Shown: piece by piece, positions 29,411 to 40,124 of the stretch
How the letters are laid out: every line of letters begins with the position of its first letter
Position numbering within the stretch: position 1 is the stretch's first letter
DNA from: Candidatus Paceibacter sp.
Lineage (GTDB): Bacteria > Patescibacteriota > Patescibacteriia > S139-126
Direction: 5' to 3'
Length of the DNA: 64,000 nt
Assembly (NCBI GenBank): GCA_020724865.1
Contig: DYGA01000005.1
Span: forward strand, 4,094 to 68,093
Program-made: the position numbers and the translations under genes
The notes under the pieces: model-generated
Told to the model about the DNA's origin: nothing
Databases searched by the model: none
The model's input: the letters and a program-made list of their open reading frames with translations, nothing else

Positions 29411-30247
29411 TTAAGTATTGTAATATTTCAGTTCTACTTGTCCGGTAGCTGAGATAACCAGATAAGTACAATGACCCGGTTCTATCCAATCGCCAGAGTT
29501 GTAAAAATATTTTTTAACTTTTTCCTTTGGTTGATTTTTTAAAGATAAATATTCACTGACATTTATAAGATTAATAGGTAGTTTAAAATATTTTTTTTGT
29601 TTTACAATCCATTCTAAAATTTTAGGTTCATGGGTATGACCCAATATTAATCCTTGATATTTTCTTTTTTTCAGATAACGTTGACAACGTTTTTCATAAA
29701 GATTTGACCAATTGGTATAACGACGAAAAATACGAACAATATTTTCCGTCAAACCAATGCCCAAAAAATTATCAAAAGCAATAGTGACCCGATAACCTAT
29801 ATCAGACCAATCTGAGGCTAGCTTATGTTCAGCAATAAAAGTGTCAAACATGTGTCCGTGATTTACCAAATAAACAGAATTATTTTGCTTCAGTTGAAAA
29901 GCTGGTAAGATGTTGATATCATTTAAACCAATTTTATTGAGAAAAGAATAAAGATAATTTTTTTGATTAGCGGTTAGAGGGTCGTGATTACCTAAAATGT
30001 AAATAATTTTTGTTCCCATTTGGTTTATTTTGACCAGTTTAGTCAAAATTTCTTGATGACGTTCAATAATTTTTTGGAAAAATTGCCAATTTAAATCAAA
30101 AATATCACCATTTAGTATAAGCTTATCAAATGGTTTATTTGCTAATAATTCATCAAGAAACTGATTTATTTTTTTTATTTGTGTACCCGGAAAGCCTAAA
30201 TGCCAGTCAGAAACAACTAAAATGTCTGAAGGTGTAATATTTATCAT
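29411..30247 (-). CDS. Calcineurin-like metallophosphoesterase (LpxH-like)
   Basis: SDWHLG, GDIFD, GNHD, HGH, GHTH, NSGDW. Confidence 0.9.
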   Translation of the reverse strand: MINITPSDILVVSDWHLGFPGTQIKKINQFLDELLANKPFDKLILNGDIFDLNWQFFQKIIERHQEILTKLVKINQMGTKIIYILGNHDPLTANQKNYLYSFLNKIGLNDINILPAFQLKQNNSVYLVNHGHMFDTFIAEHKLASDWSDIGYRVTIAFDNFLGIGLTENIVRIFRRYTNWSNLYEKRCQRYLKKRKYQGLILGHTHEPKILEWIVKQKKYFKLPINLINVSEYLSLKNQPKEKVKKYFYNSGDWIEPGHCTYLVISATGQVELKYYNT

Positions 30248-30321
30248 AGGTGTATTTTAGCATTTTTTTTATGATCAATAAACTTTGACTTTTTGCCTAA
30301 AAATAAGTAGAATTTAGATAA

Positions 30322-30395
30322 TAATTATAAATTTTTAAATATAAATTATAAATCAAAATTAAATTTTAAAATTTATAATTTATAATTTTCAATTT
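30322..30395. repeat. Inverted heptamer arrays (AAATTWT-type) in asnS leader
   Basis: Period-7 AATTATA AATTTTT AAATATA AATTATA ... TAAAATT TATAATT TATAATT TTCAATT. Confidence 0.55.
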
Positions 30396-30401
30396 AATTT
30401 T

Positions 30402-31694
30402 ATGGAAATTTTTCTCAAAGATATTGCCAAATATAAAGATCAAACCGTCACCATCAAAGGATGGGTTTTTAATTTACGTTCTTCTGGTAAGATTATTTTT
30501 TTGCAAATTAGAGATGGTAGCGGTTTTATACAGGCAGTTGCCAATCAAAGTGAATTAGCGGCCGAAAAATGGGAGCAAGTAAAAAAAATAACCATTGAAT
30601 CAAGTATTTCAGTAACGGGTCAAGTCATAGCTCATCCTAAACAGATTGGAGTATATGAGTTACAAGTAAAAAATTTACAAATTGTACAAATTGCCAAAGA
30701 GTGGCCAATTGGGAAAAAAGAGCATGGGCCTGAATTTTTACTCGATCATAGACATTTGTGGTTGCGAAGTCAAAAACAATGGGCTATACAAAGAGTAAGA
30801 AATTCAGTTATTAACGCAATTTACGAATATTTGAATAACAATGGTTTTATAAAAATTGATGCACCGATTTTAACTCCTACTTCTTGTGAAGGCACAACGA
30901 CTTTATTTGCAGTACCTTATTTTGATTTGGGTAGCGCTTATTTGTCACAAAGTGGGCAGTTATATATTGAAGCAGCAATTTTTTCTCATGGTAGGGTGTT
31001 TGATTTTGGTCCCGTGTTTAGAGCTGAAAAATCAAAAACTAGACGTCATCTGACAGAATTTTGGATGATGGATGCCGAAGCTGCTTTTGTTGAACACGAA
31101 GAGAATATGAAGATTCAGGAAGAGCTGATTAGTTTTGTAGTCAATAAAGTTTTGACTGATAATTTGTTTGAATTAAATATTTTAGAACGCGATCTGGAAC
31201 CGCTTAAAAAGATAAAACCGCCGTTTGTTCGTATGACTCATGCTGAGGCGGTAAAAAAATTACAAAGTTTAGGCAGTGATATTAAACCCGGCGAAGATTT
31301 AGGTGGTGACGATGAAACTTTGCTTACCAAAGATAGTCCCGTCCCGATTTTTGTTGAAAAATGGCCCAAAAGCATCAAAGCTTTTTATATGCGTCGAGAT
31401 CCAAATAATCCTGAAGTTGTCTTAGGTGCAGATTTGATAGCCCCAGAAGGATTTGGTGAGGTAATTGGCGGTTCGGAACGCGAAACTGATTATGAAGTAT
31501 TGGTCAAAAGAATGCAGGAAGAAAAATTACCCCTAGAACCATTTCAGTGGTATTTGGATTTACGGCAATATGGCAGCGTGCCACATTCAGGTTTTGGCAT
31601 TGGTCTAGAACGTTTAGTCGGTTGGATGTGTGGTACTCATCATATTCGGGAAACAATTCCTTTTCCCAGAATGATTAATCGTTTGACCCCTTAA
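30402..31694 (+). CDS. asnS: Asparagine--tRNA ligase
   Basis: YLSQSGQL, FRAEKSKTRRHLTEFWM, PHSGFGIGLER. Confidence 0.96.
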   Translation: MEIFLKDIAKYKDQTVTIKGWVFNLRSSGKIIFLQIRDGSGFIQAVANQSELAAEKWEQVKKITIESSISVTGQVIAHPKQIGVYELQVKNLQIVQIAKEWPIGKKEHGPEFLLDHRHLWLRSQKQWAIQRVRNSVINAIYEYLNNNGFIKIDAPILTPTSCEGTTTLFAVPYFDLGSAYLSQSGQLYIEAAIFSHGRVFDFGPVFRAEKSKTRRHLTEFWMMDAEAAFVEHEENMKIQEELISFVVNKVLTDNLFELNILERDLEPLKKIKPPFVRMTHAEAVKKLQSLGSDIKPGEDLGGDDETLLTKDSPVPIFVEKWPKSIKAFYMRRDPNNPEVVLGADLIAPEGFGEVIGGSERETDYEVLVKRMQEEKLPLEPFQWYLDLRQYGSVPHSGFGIGLERLVGWMCGTHHIRETIPFPRMINRLTP

Positions 31695-31705
31695 TTTTTT
31701 TATTC

Positions 31706-32644
31706 ATGTATTACTTGTTTTTAGGTTTAATTTTATTACTACTATTTTATTTCTTAGGTAAATGTGCAGATATTGTGGTTATAAATGCCCGAAAATTAGG
31801 GGAAGATTTGGATATTAAAGTATTTTTTTTAGGAATAATTTTAGGCTTTTTTACTACTTTACCCGAACTGTCTTTGGGTATTAATGCTTTTATTAATAAT
31901 TTGTCAGAAATTTCTTTAGGTAATTTATTGGGTGGAGTTATTATTTTATTCACTTTGATATTGGGTAGCAGTATAGTTATTAATAGAAAAATTTCTACAC
32001 ATGATATTTTAAAAGATATTGGTCCAATATTATTTTTTTTATTATTGCCTATAATTTTAGGATTAAAAGGTAATTTAGGTATTGTTGATGGCATTTTTAT
32101 TATTCTTGGTTATATTGTTTTGATTTTTTATTTATTTAAGAGAAATAATACTATCACCACTTTTGGTATTCATGTGGTGAGTAAAAAAGAAACTATCAAA
32201 AGAGTAATATACATTGTTATCGGTTTAGCTCTAATAATGTTGTTATCAAATTTAATTATTAATGTGGCCAATCGATTATTGGATCATTTTATTTTGCCCG
32301 CATTTTTAGTGGGTTTAATATTTTTTGCTCTTGGCACAAATTTACCTGAAATAACGTTGGTATTTCGGTCGTGGCAGAGAGGCGCAGAAGATTTATCTTT
32401 GAGTAATCTATTTGGTTCGGCCATGGCCAATGTTTTACTAATTGGTGTTTTTATTTCTATACGTAAGGTTTTTATAGAGGTGGATTTATCTTATATTATT
32501 TTAGCTTTAACCTATGCCGTATTGTTTGTATTGTTAATTATTTTTGCTCGGACTAACAAAGAATTCAAAAGAGTTGAGGGCATGATTTTGTTGGGAGTTT
32601 ATATTTTATTTTTATTTATCCAGACGTTTTTGTTTTTAAATTAA
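31706..32644 (+). CDS. Na+/Ca2+ exchanger family (CaCA)
   Basis: Alpha repeats TTLPE and GTNLPE, GN/SN motifs. Confidence 0.88.
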   Translation: MYYLFLGLILLLLFYFLGKCADIVVINARKLGEDLDIKVFFLGIILGFFTTLPELSLGINAFINNLSEISLGNLLGGVIILFTLILGSSIVINRKISTHDILKDIGPILFFLLLPIILGLKGNLGIVDGIFIILGYIVLIFYLFKRNNTITTFGIHVVSKKETIKRVIYIVIGLALIMLLSNLIINVANRLLDHFILPAFLVGLIFFALGTNLPEITLVFRSWQRGAEDLSLSNLFGSAMANVLLIGVFISIRKVFIEVDLSYIILALTYAVLFVLLIIFARTNKEFKRVEGMILLGVYILFLFIQTFLFLN

Positions 32645-32648
32645 ATAA

Positions 32649-33752
32649 ATGAAAAAGAGATTTTACCATATTTTATTGTCAATATTTTTTGCTCTAATGT
32701 CTTTAGCTGTGATTTATCTAGTTTTTGCCAGTATTGAAGGAAAAAAAATAAATGATAAAAATTTTTTGTTTTTGCCTACAAAAGAAAACAAAGTTTCCCA
32801 AAAATTATTAGCCGGTGATTATGCCGTATTTAGCACAGTTACAAAGATTGGTGAAAATTATGAGTTTGGTTTATGGCGTTACTTGGTAGGAATTGATGGT
32901 TTAGTTAAATTTTATAGTTTGAAAATAAATCAATTGGAACAACTGCCAGTAGCGAGTAAATTTAGTGCTGAAAGTGTTAGCGTCCATTTAAATGATCAGC
33001 ATACTTTAGTACATATTAATGGCGACGTAATTGGTCCAGCCGAAAATAATCAAGCTCTTATTTCTCCGGATCGTAATTGGCTAGCTTATACTGAATTTTC
33101 TACCAGTGGTCCGGCAACAATTTATTTGAAAAGTATAATTGATAATCAAAGTATAGTTGTTTTAACCAGTGGCACTGACAACATCAACCCTAATCAAGAT
33201 AATTTTAAAGTATTGGCCTGGTCGGACGATAGCAAAGTATTGTATGTGCAGAATAATAAAAAAATTTATAAATTTTTTCCGCAAATTTTAGATATTACTG
33301 AAATCACCAATTTAACCAATTTAAATGCTGATAAATTTTTTTTACAACCCCAGGCAGATATTATTATGGCGATAGTTGATTCCAATGGTGTTAGTAGTTT
33401 ATATTTAGTCAATGCAAAAACTGATGAAAGTTTATTTGTATTATCTAACACCGCCGCAGATATTATAAATGCATATTATGACCAAACAACCAATAAGATT
33501 ATTTATAATTTAGATTCTTCTGATCCTCAGGTATGGCAAGTTGATATTTCTCATCCTCAAGTAGTTAGTCAAAATTTTTTACACTCAGGCAAGTTGCTGT
33601 CTTGGCCAGAAGATGATAAATTTATAATTCAAAAAAATCAAGATATTTATTTATATTCAAAAAAAGAAAATAGCACGCAATTGATTTTTTCTGCTAGCAG
33701 CACTACGGACTTGGTAAAAATTTATTTTCTTGATATGTTTAAAATAAATTAA
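32649..33752 (+). CDS. Membrane-anchored beta-propeller-like hypothetical protein
   Basis: N-terminal TM; ISPD.NWLAY, WSDDSK TolB-like motifs. Confidence 0.6.
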   Translation: MKKRFYHILLSIFFALMSLAVIYLVFASIEGKKINDKNFLFLPTKENKVSQKLLAGDYAVFSTVTKIGENYEFGLWRYLVGIDGLVKFYSLKINQLEQLPVASKFSAESVSVHLNDQHTLVHINGDVIGPAENNQALISPDRNWLAYTEFSTSGPATIYLKSIIDNQSIVVLTSGTDNINPNQDNFKVLAWSDDSKVLYVQNNKKIYKFFPQILDITEITNLTNLNADKFFLQPQADIIMAIVDSNGVSSLYLVNAKTDESLFVLSNTAADIINAYYDQTTNKIIYNLDSSDPQVWQVDISHPQVVSQNFLHSGKLLSWPEDDKFIIQKNQDIYLYSKKENSTQLIFSASSTTDLVKIYFLDMFKIN

Positions 33753-33761
33753 TATATACTT

Positions 33762-34721
33762 ATGTTATTTTTATGGTTAGGAATTTTTATATTTAGTTTA
33801 GCGGTATTGATAAAATCGGCTGATTGGTTCACGGCAGCCGCTGAAAAAATCGGTGAAGCTTTTCGTGTTTCACCTTTTATGATTGGTATTACTATTGTTA
33901 GTGTGGGGACTTCATTGCCTGAACTGGCTACCTCATTGATTGGGTTATGGCAAGGAGACAGTACAATTGCTATTGCCAATGCAGTGGGTTCAAATATTGC
34001 CAATATTTTATTGGTAGTCGGAGTAGCAGCTATAGTCGGCGGGGCATTAAAAGTAAATAGAAGTTTAATTGATATTGATTTGCCCTTGCTTTTAGGGGTA
34101 ACTTTACTGGTTACTTTTATGTTGTGGGATGGTGATATGATTTGGCAGGAAGGTTTAGTAGCGATACTGTTTTATATTGTTTATATTTTTTATAGCGCTA
34201 AAATTTCAGAAAAAAGAGATTATATTCCTTTTGTTAACCGTTTTCATTTGGAAAGAAAAATTCATCACATAAAGATTCCTTGGTCAGCTATGGGTATTTT
34301 GGGGTTAGGTGCGATTGGCGTATATTTTGGGGCAGATTGGACAGTTAAAGCCACTTTGAAAATTGCTGAAATTCTCCAAGTTAATTCATCTGCAGTAGTA
34401 ATGTCAGCCCTTGCTGTGGGTACATCATTGCCTGAATTAATAGTGTCAGCATCAGCTGCTTTTAAGGGTAAATATGAAATTGCTTTGGGTAATGTTTTTG
34501 GATCCAATATATTTAATTTACTAATAGTAGTTGGAGTGCCAGCTTTATTTGCTCCTCTAACAGTTGATGAAAATAGTTTAATAATTGGTTTGCCAGTAAT
34601 GGTGTTGGCTACGATTATTTATACTTTTTCTGGCATTTCCCAAAAAATTAATAAGTGGGAAGGTATGATTTATATTTTTCTTTATTTTATTTTTGTAGTA
34701 AAGTTATTTAAGCTATTTTAA
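33762..34721 (+). CDS. Ca2+/Na+ antiporter (YrbG-like)
   Basis: Two GTSLPE repeats, GSNIAN/GSNIFN. Confidence 0.93.
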   Translation: MLFLWLGIFIFSLAVLIKSADWFTAAAEKIGEAFRVSPFMIGITIVSVGTSLPELATSLIGLWQGDSTIAIANAVGSNIANILLVVGVAAIVGGALKVNRSLIDIDLPLLLGVTLLVTFMLWDGDMIWQEGLVAILFYIVYIFYSAKISEKRDYIPFVNRFHLERKIHHIKIPWSAMGILGLGAIGVYFGADWTVKATLKIAEILQVNSSAVVMSALAVGTSLPELIVSASAAFKGKYEIALGNVFGSNIFNLLIVVGVPALFAPLTVDENSLIIGLPVMVLATIIYTFSGISQKINKWEGMIYIFLYFIFVVKLFKLF

Positions 34722-34729
34722 TTTAATAT

Positions 34730-36136
34730 ATGAAAATTACTAATATTCAAACTATTGAAAAAATTGGCGCAGAAGTTCAATTGGCTGGCTGGATTCAAAG
34801 TTTACGTAAAATGGGTAAAATTGTTTTTATTGATTTACGCGACCGCAGCAGTTTATTGCAAGTGGTGTTAGTGCCTAGTGAATTGGATGTTGATTCGCAG
34901 GAACAAATGAAAAAATTGAAACCCGAAAGTGTTATAAGTGTAATTGGTGTTGTTCAAGCTAGAGGTGAAAAACAAATCAATCCTAATTTACCAACTGGTT
35001 CGGTTGAAGTATTGGCAAAAAGTTTAAAAATTTTTAGTGAATCATTAACCCCACCTTTTGAAATAGTAAATGAGGACAGACAAGCCAATGAAGAATTGAG
35101 ATTGAAATATAGGTATTTAGATTTACGTCATGAGCGAATGAAAAATAATATTATTTTACGTCATAAAATTGTTAGATTTATCAGAGAGTATTTTTATAAT
35201 CATGATTTTTTAGAGATTGAAACTCCTTATATTTCTAAATCAACTCCTGAAGGAGCAAGAGATTTTTTAGTTCCATCACGAAATTTTCCCGGTAAATTTT
35301 ACGCTTTACCACAATCACCACAACAGTATAAGCAGTTATTGATGGTAGCTGGTATGGAAAAATATTTTCAGATTGTCAGATGTTTTCGCGATGAAGATCA
35401 ACGCGGTGACAGGCAAGCCGAATTTACCCAACTAGATGTGGAAATGAGTTTTGTCACCCAGGAAGATATATTACAATTGATTGAAGAATTATTCATACAA
35501 TTGGTCAAAAACATCTTGCCTCAGAAAAAATTTACTAGCCAACCTTTTGTTCGTTTAACTTATCAGCAAGCCATGGAGCAATATGGATCTGATCGTCCAG
35601 ATTTACGCCAGGATAAATCTGATCCTGATGAATTGGCTTTTGTTTGGGTTACTGATTTTCCCATGTTTGAATATAAAAGCGGTGATCAACGTTGGGGAGC
35701 TGCCCATCATCCCTTTACAGCCATCAACCCACAAGATTTAGAAAAATTGCAAGATCCTAAAAAAATGGGAGAAATCAAGGCCTTACAATATGATTTAGTT
35801 TTAAATGGTTATGAAATTGCTGGCGGATCAATTCGCACTCATGAAGCAAATGTATTACATAGAGTTTTTGAATTATTGGGGCATACTAACGAAGAAATTC
35901 AAGCAAAATTTGGTCATTTATTGGAAGCATTTAAATATGGCGTGCCACCACATGGCGGTATAGCTGCTGGTTTAGATCGAGTAGTAATGGTTTTAGCTAA
36001 CGAGCCATCTATCAGGGAAGTTATAGCTTTTCCTAAAACGTCAGATAATCGCGATCCTTTGATGGATTCACCCAGTGACGTAACTTTAGATCAACTTGAT
36101 GAGTTAGGGTTGAGTTTGAAAAAGCGCATAAATTAA
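34730..36136 (+). CDS. aspS: Aspartate--tRNA ligase, short form
   Basis: PEGARDFLVP, LPQSPQ, FRDED, HHPF, PPHGGIA. Confidence 0.97.
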   Translation: MKITNIQTIEKIGAEVQLAGWIQSLRKMGKIVFIDLRDRSSLLQVVLVPSELDVDSQEQMKKLKPESVISVIGVVQARGEKQINPNLPTGSVEVLAKSLKIFSESLTPPFEIVNEDRQANEELRLKYRYLDLRHERMKNNIILRHKIVRFIREYFYNHDFLEIETPYISKSTPEGARDFLVPSRNFPGKFYALPQSPQQYKQLLMVAGMEKYFQIVRCFRDEDQRGDRQAEFTQLDVEMSFVTQEDILQLIEELFIQLVKNILPQKKFTSQPFVRLTYQQAMEQYGSDRPDLRQDKSDPDELAFVWVTDFPMFEYKSGDQRWGAAHHPFTAINPQDLEKLQDPKKMGEIKALQYDLVLNGYEIAGGSIRTHEANVLHRVFELLGHTNEEIQAKFGHLLEAFKYGVPPHGGIAAGLDRVVMVLANEPSIREVIAFPKTSDNRDPLMDSPSDVTLDQLDELGLSLKKRIN

Positions 36137-36152
36137 AATTAATAAATAAAAT

Positions 36153-36180
36153 GCTCCGACTTGAAAGTCGGAGCTTTTTT
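36153..36180. terminator. Bidirectional terminator aspS/HIT
   Basis: GCTCCGACTT-GA-AAGTCGGAGC-TTTTT. Confidence 0.85.
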
Positions 36181-36649
36181 AAAATATAAAATCATTAGTT
36201 ATTTTTTGGCAAGCGGTTTTCAATTGTTCGCAAATTGGTAAAATTTTTTTTGGAGGTAGAATTAAAGATTTGTTTTCTAACATTGAAAAAATTTTTGGAC
36301 CACGATATTGCCGCGGAATATTTTTAGTAATCGGAATGATATGCCAGTGTACATGCTCATAGCTAGGTTTTTCGGCAAAATGAGCGACATATACTTTGTC
36401 TGCCAGACAAACAGTTTTTAATATCTCAATAAAATAAGGTAATAGTATATGAAATTCATTCCATTCTTCTAATGTTAACTCCACCAATGATTGGCGATGA
36501 TGATTTAAGGTTAGTACCAGCCAGCCAGAAACAGGTGATTTTTGTTTATGTTCCAAACACCAATATTTGGTTTTAAGCAGACTACGGCATAGTGTCAAAT
36601 CTTTTTTATTGGTTAATTTGGCACAAATATGACAGTTATTTTTATACAT
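36179..36649 (-). CDS. HIT family hydrolase
   Basis: CxxC and HVHWHIIP triad. Confidence 0.88.
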   Translation of the reverse strand: MYKNNCHICAKLTNKKDLTLCRSLLKTKYWCLEHKQKSPVSGWLVLTLNHHRQSLVELTLEEWNEFHILLPYFIEILKTVCLADKVYVAHFAEKPSYEHVHWHIIPITKNIPRQYRGPKIFSMLENKSLILPPKKILPICEQLKTACQKITNDFIF

Positions 36650-36747
36650 TTTTATTCCTTTTTAAGTTACAAAATTGATTCAGTTTAACAATTATTAATT
36701 GTTTTTGTCAATATGACTTTTTGGTTGTTTTTGCTTATAATTAAGTT

Positions 36748-37062
36748 ATGAAACTGTCAAAATTACAAAGATTTATATTAAAAAAAGCCTATTTGAGCGA
36801 TCGAGTCAAAGTAACAAGACAGGTTTTTATGTCTTACTATGAAAATTTGAAAAAATCTCCTGCCAATAAATTACAAGTCAATATAGTCACTCAGAGTTTG
36901 GAACGATTAATTAACAAAGGTTTGATAGTTGGCTATGGCAGAAAAACTCAAGAAAAATTGTTTATTGATTCTATCCAACTGACCCCTAAGGGTAAAAAAA
37001 TGGCTAAAGAATTGTTAAGTAAACAAACGCCTTTACCTTTTTTAAAATCAATAAAAAAATAG
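36748..37062 (+). CDS. Hypothetical winged-helix-like protein
   Basis: SLERLINKGLI...LTPKGK pattern. Confidence 0.6.
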   Translation: MKLSKLQRFILKKAYLSDRVKVTRQVFMSYYENLKKSPANKLQVNIVTQSLERLINKGLIVGYGRKTQEKLFIDSIQLTPKGKKMAKELLSKQTPLPFLKSIKK

Positions 37063-37085
37063 TTTAATTATTAAAGTAAAAAAAT

Positions 37086-37634
37086 ATGATTCCCAATAAA
37101 GTTAAAAATTATTTGCAGAAAAATCAGGCTAATTTTGAAATCATAGAACATCGCCCAGTATTTACAGCTCATGATCTAGCTATGACTTTACATATGCAAC
37201 ATAGTCAGATTGTAAAAAGTTTATTGGTTAAAGCAGATAATCAATATATTTTGGCCTTACTGCCGGCAGATAAAAATTTGGCTATGCAAAAGCTAGCCAA
37301 ATTGGTAAAAGCTAAAAAAATATCTATGCCCAAAGAAAAAGTGATGACAGAAAAATTTAAAGTAAAACCGGGGGCATTACCGGCCTTTGGGGGAATATAT
37401 AAATTACCAGTTTTTGTTGATAAAATTATTTTACGCCAAAAAAAGATTTTACTTTCTCCGGGTAGTTTTGTAGAAAGTGTTTTAATGAATCCCAAGGATT
37501 ATATAAAACTAGAGCAGGCAATTTTAGGAAGCTTTTCAGTAAATAAAAAATTTAAGCAACCAAAACTGACTAAACTGGGCAGAAAAGTAAAAAATGTTAC
37601 CAAAAAGAAAATGAATAAAATAAAGAAAAAATAA
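37086..37634 (+). CDS. YbaK/ProX aminoacyl-tRNA editing domain protein
   Basis: VKSLLVKAD, GALPAFG; basic C-terminal tail. Confidence 0.88.
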   Translation: MIPNKVKNYLQKNQANFEIIEHRPVFTAHDLAMTLHMQHSQIVKSLLVKADNQYILALLPADKNLAMQKLAKLVKAKKISMPKEKVMTEKFKVKPGALPAFGGIYKLPVFVDKIILRQKKILLSPGSFVESVLMNPKDYIKLEQAILGSFSVNKKFKQPKLTKLGRKVKNVTKKKMNKIKKK

Positions 37635-37663
37635 TACAAAAAAGCGACTCCCTTGAGTCGCTT

Positions 37664-37747
37664 TTAGTAGGTTGATTTGCTTTTTAATAATTTGCCAATT
37701 CCGATAGCAAAAGCTAGATAAAGAATTAATATTAAAATTATTTCCAT
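37664..37747 (-). CDS. Small membrane peptide (27 aa) in stand-alone cassette
   Basis: MEIILILILYLAFAIGIGKLLKSKSTY; TTGACA..TATAAT promoter, AAGGA SD, terminator near 37640-37665. Confidence 0.65.
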   Translation of the reverse strand: MEIILILILYLAFAIGIGKLLKSKSTY

Positions 37748-37907
37748 TATCATTTCCTTTTTTATTTACTATATATTAATTATATCATATTTTTTAATTT
37801 ATGTCAATATTAATTACTTTTAAATAAATGATAAATATGATAAAATATAAATGTAATCCCCATGCTAGAATTAGTATAAATTGGCTAATTTTAGCCAATT
37901 TTTAATT

Positions 37908-38609
37908 ATGAATGATAAACAAATAAAACTAGAACAATTTGAAGGACCATTAGGGCTATTGTTGGAATTGATAGAACAAGAACAATTGGATATTACTGAT
38001 TTATCTTTAGCCAAAGTAACTGATCAGTATATAGCTATTTTGGAAGCTCAAACTGAATTACACCCTGATGAGATTGCTGATTTTTTGTTGGTAGCTGCTA
38101 AATTGCTTTATTTAAAGTCAAAAGTTTTATCACCAGATTATTTTGTTGACGAACCAGCTGTCGAAACCGATTTGGCTAAACAGTTAAGGTTGTACCAAGA
38201 ATATATCCAGGTTGCCAAAAAAATCCAGCAACGCTGGCGGAATGACAATTACTTTTATTCTCGGATTAAACCTTGGAAATTACCCAAGCCAAAATTTATT
38301 CCCCCGCACAATATATCTGTGTCCGGTTTACAATTTTTGATGTCGGAGATATTATCTCAACTTGAACCTATTGCCAGATTGAAAATCAAAAAGATGAAAA
38401 CTACTGTTAGTATTAAAGATCGGATAGAATATATAAAAAATTATATTAAACAAAAAACTTCTTTTGCTTGGCATGATTTAGTTGCTCAGTCAGTAACTAA
38501 GACTGAACGGATTGTAAATTTTTTAGCAGTTTTGGAATTGGTTAAACAAAGGGAGGTTGAAGTTTATCAGGAAACAATTTTTGCCAATTTTATTATCAAG
38601 AAAAAATAA
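37908..38609 (+). CDS. scpA: Segregation and condensation protein A
   Basis: FEGPLGLLL, FLAVLELVK. Confidence 0.94.
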   Translation: MNDKQIKLEQFEGPLGLLLELIEQEQLDITDLSLAKVTDQYIAILEAQTELHPDEIADFLLVAAKLLYLKSKVLSPDYFVDEPAVETDLAKQLRLYQEYIQVAKKIQQRWRNDNYFYSRIKPWKLPKPKFIPPHNISVSGLQFLMSEILSQLEPIARLKIKKMKTTVSIKDRIEYIKNYIKQKTSFAWHDLVAQSVTKTERIVNFLAVLELVKQREVEVYQETIFANFIIKKK

Positions 38610-38622
38610 TAAATCTTAAAAT

Positions 38623-39189
38623 ATGTCTTCAGATCATTTATTAAAAATACAAACACTTTTATTGTTATCTCATAAACCGGTTAAATTTAAAGAATTGGCC
38701 ACAGTTTTATCCGTAGAAGTTAATACGATAAAAAAATATATAAATGATTTACGAGAACAGTTCAACACCCCGACCTCTGGTTGGTGGGTGGTAGAAACAA
38801 ATGATGCGGCTCAGTTGGTTACCAATCCATCGCAAGCTGATTTTATTGAATCTTATTTGGAAGTTGAACAACTATCAGAATTGACCCGACCAGCTTTAGA
38901 AGCATTGACAATTATTTCCTATAGTGGACCAATTGCCAAATCTACTTTAGATAGAATCAGAGGAGTTAATTGTGCTTTGATTTTACGCAATTTGATGATT
39001 AAGGGTTTAATTGAGGAAATATACAATAATGGAGAAAAACAATATCAAGTCACCATGGATTTTATAAAACATTTAGGTCTTTCTGATATTACTGAATTGC
39101 CGGATTATGCTAAATTTCATCAACATGAATTTATTGAATCTATTATGGCCAATAATAAAACTGATGAGGAAAATATAGAGAGGGGTTGA
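38623..39189 (+). CDS. scpB: Segregation and condensation protein B
   Basis: ALEALTIISY, IRGVN, LGLSDITELP. Confidence 0.95.
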   Translation: MSSDHLLKIQTLLLLSHKPVKFKELATVLSVEVNTIKKYINDLREQFNTPTSGWWVVETNDAAQLVTNPSQADFIESYLEVEQLSELTRPALEALTIISYSGPIAKSTLDRIRGVNCALILRNLMIKGLIEEIYNNGEKQYQVTMDFIKHLGLSDITELPDYAKFHQHEFIESIMANNKTDEENIERG

Positions 39190-39194
39190 AATAT

Positions 39195-40067
39195 ATGTTT
39201 CAGTTTTTGATTTCTTTTTTTCTAACCACGCTTTTGTCCAATAGTTTAATTTTGCCAGTTAACAACAATTTAGTAACCACCAATTCAATATTTCCAGTAA
39301 GAGATTTTAGTAATAATAGTATTGGTGTAGAAGTAACAGCAAAAGCCGCTTTGGTAGTTGATAAAAGTACGGAAAAAATATTATTTGCTAAAAATGAACA
39401 AATTGCTTTACCTCTAGCCAGCATTACCAAGTTATTGACGGCATTAGTTTTTTTGGATACGAATCCCGATTGGCAAAAAATAGTAACCATGGAACCGGTT
39501 GACGAAGTTTATCGGGCAAAATATGTGTATCGGGGTGAAAAATGGTCAGTTAAAGATTTATTTAACACCATGCTGATTGGTTCTGATAACAATGCTACCA
39601 TGGCTTTGGTGAGGTCCACTGGTTTAACCACAGCGGATTTTGTCAAACAGATGAACAATAAAGCCAAGCAGATAGGCATGAATAGTAGTTTTTTTCTTGA
39701 TCCAACTGGATTATCAGAAAAGAATGTAGCTTCAGCATATGATATTTGGTTATTAGCCAAGACGGCTTGGGCAGAACCGTTGATTATCCAAACTACCTCG
39801 CGATCAAGTTATGTTTTAATGGCAGAAAATTCCCAGATAGTCAGAAGAGTAATAAATACCAATTTGTTACTCAACAGTTTTTTAGAAATAAAAGCTGGTA
39901 AAACTGGCTTTATTGAAGAGGCGGGTTATTGTCTAACTACTTTAGCAGCCAATACAGCTGGCAATGAAATTTATTTAGTAGTTTTAGGCAGCGCTACAGA
40001 AAATGATCGCTGGCAAGATGCCAAAGCTTTAGCTTGGTGGACTTTTAATAACTGGTTGTGGCCTTAG
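39195..40067 (+). CDS. D-Ala-D-Ala carboxy/endopeptidase (peptidase S11)
   Basis: SITK, SDN, KTG motifs. Confidence 0.93.
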   Translation: MFQFLISFFLTTLLSNSLILPVNNNLVTTNSIFPVRDFSNNSIGVEVTAKAALVVDKSTEKILFAKNEQIALPLASITKLLTALVFLDTNPDWQKIVTMEPVDEVYRAKYVYRGEKWSVKDLFNTMLIGSDNNATMALVRSTGLTTADFVKQMNNKAKQIGMNSSFFLDPTGLSEKNVASAYDIWLLAKTAWAEPLIIQTTSRSSYVLMAENSQIVRRVINTNLLLNSFLEIKAGKTGFIEEAGYCLTTLAANTAGNEIYLVVLGSATENDRWQDAKALAWWTFNNWLWP

Positions 40068-40124
40068 TTGCTATTTTAAGCTTAATTTATTAAACTATCA
40101 TTGTTTATAAAATAATTAATTTTC

